Shown one piece after another: positions 16,527-19,197 of a DNA stretch of 19,197 bases. The stretch is from positions 1-19,197 of the forward strand of contig JBFRWN010000052.1 in assembly GCA_051439605.1 (NCBI GenBank). The letters run 5' to 3'. Position 1 is the stretch's first letter. Each line of letters starts with the position of its first letter. The notes beneath the pieces are model-generated. The model was not told where the DNA came from, made no database searches, and saw only the letters and a list, made by a program, of their open reading frames with translations. The position numbers were made by a program, and so were the translations under genes. The DNA comes from Synechococcus sp. GTDB taxonomy: Bacteria > Cyanobacteriota > Cyanobacteriia > Thermostichales > PCC-7336.

Positions 16527-16975
16527 GTACAGCCCTTGTGAACCCTATTCATTTGTAACTGTCCTCCAGAAGTTTTTTTCTAAGAATTACCAACTGTTAA
16601 ATTATTGGCAGTATCGCAAAAACAAGGTCCGATCTTAAAGTGCGGCACTATACCGATTGGCCCTCATCGTAAGAGGCAACCACGATTGGCCGGAGCTCTT
16701 GAGACGGATTCTTAAGCAATGGCTTTATTTGACTCAGGGGAATGGTTTGGGATGCCCTAACGGAAAATGTGTAGTAGCTTACGCATATCGGCTCTCTCTT
16801 CCATAGAGCCCTATCTCTACCATCCCTGTTTCCTCAAGCCTTTGTTTCTCCCTTGTTCTTAGCCTGTCCCCAACAGATAGAAGGCGCTTAGGATAGTGGG
16901 AAGTATTGGCTGGAGGCCAGTGAAAGTAACCCTTGGACTAATGAGTACCGCACTCGGTAGTTGGACATCGAATCC

Positions 16976-17461
16976 ATGACTGTAAAGGTAGATTGGTTAA
17001 GTTACTTCAAATCGCCAATCCCAGCATTGTCTTTGCCGCAGCTACGGGCAGAGAGTGTTTGTTTAAACCAGCATTACAAGTCTCTGGATCGGTTGGGACA
17101 AGAGCTACTGCAGGAGGGGGATTTGTTTGCCAGCCCGGGGGGGCAGTTTGTGTATCGTGTGGTGGGTGGTCCCGTATGTCTGCTCTACGATCGCGAACAA
17201 CTCCCTTGGCCCAGTTGCTCGTTGGCTTGGCGGGGCAAGCAGCCCAGTTGGCGGCGGGTGGGGAAGCGCTTGATTCCAGATTTGTCGGGCAAAAATTCCG
17301 CTTGCTATGTCGTAGAGTTAGTTTCCTGCCAGAATGCCGTTGCCCAAGTGAAGGTGCTCAGTTGGGTGGAGCTAAGTCCTGCTTTGAAGAAGTGGTGGTA
17401 CAGCATCGAGATGCCGGAGACAGAGAAACAGCATTGGTACCAGCAGGTGGCACCCAAATAG
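16976..17461 (+). CDS. Hypothetical protein (Trp-rich, apparently cyanobacterial family)
   Basis: ATG at 16976. The motif PVC.LYDREQLPWPSC.L.WRGKQPSWRR.GKR.IPD looks like a conserved core; function unknown. Confidence 0.75.
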   Translation: MTVKVDWLSYFKSPIPALSLPQLRAESVCLNQHYKSLDRLGQELLQEGDLFASPGGQFVYRVVGGPVCLLYDREQLPWPSCSLAWRGKQPSWRRVGKRLIPDLSGKNSACYVVELVSCQNAVAQVKVLSWVELSPALKKWWYSIEMPETEKQHWYQQVAPK

Positions 17462-17529
17462 ACGGGCTGGTGCCTCGCTTGCACGCTAGGCTACTTGTCT
17501 CGCGCCACTATCAACCTATGGTCTACCCC

Positions 17530-17547
17530 AAGCTCGCTAGCTTTTTT
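17530..17547 (+). terminator. Weak putative terminator
   Basis: AAGCT-CGCT-AGCTT followed by a T run; the stem is short. Confidence 0.3.
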
Positions 17548-17615
17548 GAAGGGAAACTAACTTCCTATTTGGAAGGGCCCTAATTCTTTAGGGAGATGAG
17601 GAGGAACAATTTGAC

Positions 17616-18407
17616 ATGGGTTGGTTAATCGCAGCAGGGATTGCGTTGGTCGTGGCGGCAGTACTCGGCTATGCGTTTCTGCGGGCCAAAAAACGATCTG
17701 ACCTGATGGCTTCGACCGATACTTCGACCGTTGAATTTCTCGAGTCCATGGCGGTGGATATGGGAACTAGTCCGTTGGCCTATCTAACCGAAGTCAAAGG
17801 GAAGGCGGTGTGTGACACCCCCCTGATTTCTGAGTTGAGTCAAACGGAATGCGTCTTCTACTCCATGACCGTGAAGCGAGAGTACGAGGATATTGAATAT
17901 GACAGCGATGCGAAGGGAGGGAGCAGAAGAACCACTAAAACTCAAACAGTGTCGAGTAACCGGCGATCGGTCCCCTTTTGGGTGGAAGATGCCACTGGAC
18001 GCATTCAAATCCGCCCGGAGGGGGGACAGTTGGTGGCGGAAAAAGTGGTCAATCGCTACGAGCCCGCGGATGTAACCCAACGTGGTTTTAAGCTGGGCAG
18101 CTTTAACTTTGATGTCAATCTGGGGGGACGACCTCTGGGGGGCCCGCGTACCTTGGGATATCGATTTGAAGAGGAAGTGATTGCCACCAATCGAGAGGTT
18201 TATGTTTTAGGAGAAGCCACGGGACACCCGAATAACCTGTGCATGAAGAAACCCGCTAAAGGGCCGATGATCGTCAGTGCCAAGAGCGAGGAGCAACTGC
18301 AGCTAGAAATGGGGAAATCGGGCAAGATCTATCTGGTTGTGGCCGGTATTTTTGTCATTCTGGCAGCGATCTTTTTGGTGCTAAGCTTTCGAACGACCCC
18401 TGACTAA
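17616..18407 (+). CDS. GIDE-domain ('E3 ubiquitin ligase family') membrane protein without a RING domain
   Basis: Strong GAGGAGG SD. TM helices at both termini flank EVKG...CD.PL.SELS...CVFY, PFWVEDATGRI.I.PEG and GYRFEEEVI.....VYVLGEA. Confidence 0.82.
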   Translation: MGWLIAAGIALVVAAVLGYAFLRAKKRSDLMASTDTSTVEFLESMAVDMGTSPLAYLTEVKGKAVCDTPLISELSQTECVFYSMTVKREYEDIEYDSDAKGGSRRTTKTQTVSSNRRSVPFWVEDATGRIQIRPEGGQLVAEKVVNRYEPADVTQRGFKLGSFNFDVNLGGRPLGGPRTLGYRFEEEVIATNREVYVLGEATGHPNNLCMKKPAKGPMIVSAKSEEQLQLEMGKSGKIYLVVAGIFVILAAIFLVLSFRTTPD

Positions 18408-18559
18408 ATGCCGGGCTCGGTCTTCAGGAGGTGTTGAAGACATAGCGGCTAGCGGATTTCGGGGATGTGCATAACTGTTTTATGCTTGAAACCCCACTAC
18501 CTTTCTTGATTCTGTCTCCACACTGTTTCACTTCCTTCTGATTTGAGGCCATTTGCCTG

Positions 18560-19197
18560 ATGGACGATCGCACGCTCGATGCCCTGCTGGAATTTTTTGC
18601 GCAATTTGTGACGGAACACAAGCGCGATCGGATGGAAGAAGTGCTGCAGGAGCGGACGCGACACATCACGGTAGTGGTGGAAGACATTTTGAAACCCCAC
18701 AATGCCAGTGCCGTGGTGCGCAGTTGCGATTGTTATGGGGTGCAGGATTTTCATGTGGTGGAGAACCGCTACGACTATGACGTCAATCCTGCAGTGACTC
18801 GGGGGGCGTCGAAGTGGGTGGATTTAATTCGCTATCGCAAGCAGAAGGGGGTGAACAACACCCAGATTTGCTTTCAGCGGTTGCAGGAGGCAGGCTACAC
18901 CATTTACGCTACGACTCCGCACACGGACGGCACTCTGCTGCCCGATGTTGATGTCTCTGAAAAATTGGCGCTGGTGTTTGGTAACGAACTGGAGGGGGTG
19001 AGTGACTACGCCCTCCAACAGGCCGATCGCACCCTAGCGATTCCCATGTATGGGTTTACAGAAAGCTTTAATTTGTCCGTGAGCGCAGCCATCTGCCTGT
19101 ATGACCTGACCCGAAAATTGCGGGCATCGCAAGTGACTTGGCAATTATCCGATCGAGAGAAGCGGGAGATTACCCTCCGCTGGTACAAGCGAGTGGT
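18560..19197 (+). CDS. trmH: SpoU/TrmH-family RNA 2'-O-methyltransferase (probable tRNA G18), truncated at the window edge
   Basis: Missing from the ORF track. From ATG 18560 (GAGG SD): MDDRTLDALLEFFAQFVTEHKRDRMEEVLQERTRHITVVVEDILKPHNASAVVRSCDCYGVQ...RGASKWV...ALVFGNELEGVS...IPMYGFTESFNLSVSAAI, covering SPOUT motifs 1-3. Confidence 0.9.
   Translation, partial: MDDRTLDALLEFFAQFVTEHKRDRMEEVLQERTRHITVVVEDILKPHNASAVVRSCDCYGVQDFHVVENRYDYDVNPAVTRGASKWVDLIRYRKQKGVNNTQICFQRLQEAGYTIYATTPHTDGTLLPDVDVSEKLALVFGNELEGVSDYALQQADRTLAIPMYGFTESFNLSVSAAICLYDLTRKLRASQVTWQLSDREKREITLRWYKRV

Noticed and set aside
16993..17583. 196-aa overlapping ORF in an alternative + frame
   Set aside because: It has an Ala/Gly-rich shadow composition, and the frame at 16976-17461 carries the protein-like motif.
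18420..18541. Hairpin with GGAGG in the loop (18420-18441) and a 19-codon ORF at 18482-18541
   Set aside because: The SD-like sequence is too far from the ATG, and there is no evidence for a leader peptide or a Csr-type regulator.
1699..19188. Remaining short or antisense ORFs in the track nested within lysC, vte4, GHL10, proS, the ligase and trmH
   Set aside because: They are shadow ORFs of well-supported genes, with no independent motifs.
1..19197. CRISPR array, prophage, integrase or recognisable defence operon
   Set aside because: No regularly spaced repeats, duplicated tRNA 3' ends or such genes were seen.

Overview
This is a chromosomal segment from a cyanobacterium: it carries psbA, a four-ACT aspartokinase and at least 12 perfect HIP1 (GCGATCGC) sites. 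Gene order: 5' part of psbA (-), convergent tRNA-Asn(GTT) and tRNA-Val(TAC), a small conserved-looking ORF (-), lysC overlapping a gamma-tocopherol methyltransferase gene, a stand-alone NAD(P)/FAD oxidoreductase, aroH, ygfZ (-), a large secreted GHL10/DUF187 glycoside hydrolase, a 728-bp non-coding stretch, an uncharacterised 298-aa protein with a nuclease-like motif and a Cys-rich tail, proS, a YbjN-type protein, a lower-GC adenylate-forming ligase (-), a hypothetical protein, a GIDE-domain membrane protein and a truncated trmH. I found no transposase, integrase, phage gene or CRISPR array; most of the window is housekeeping. The best candidates for something new are: (i) the 298-aa PD-(D/E)XK-like/Cys-cluster protein with its long, hairpin-rich upstream region; (ii) a long, alternatively pairing RNA structure in front of proS; (iii) a D1 N-terminus with unusual substitutions; (iv) the lysC-vte4 coupling near aroH. 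All calls are by eye, with no database searches or folding programs.
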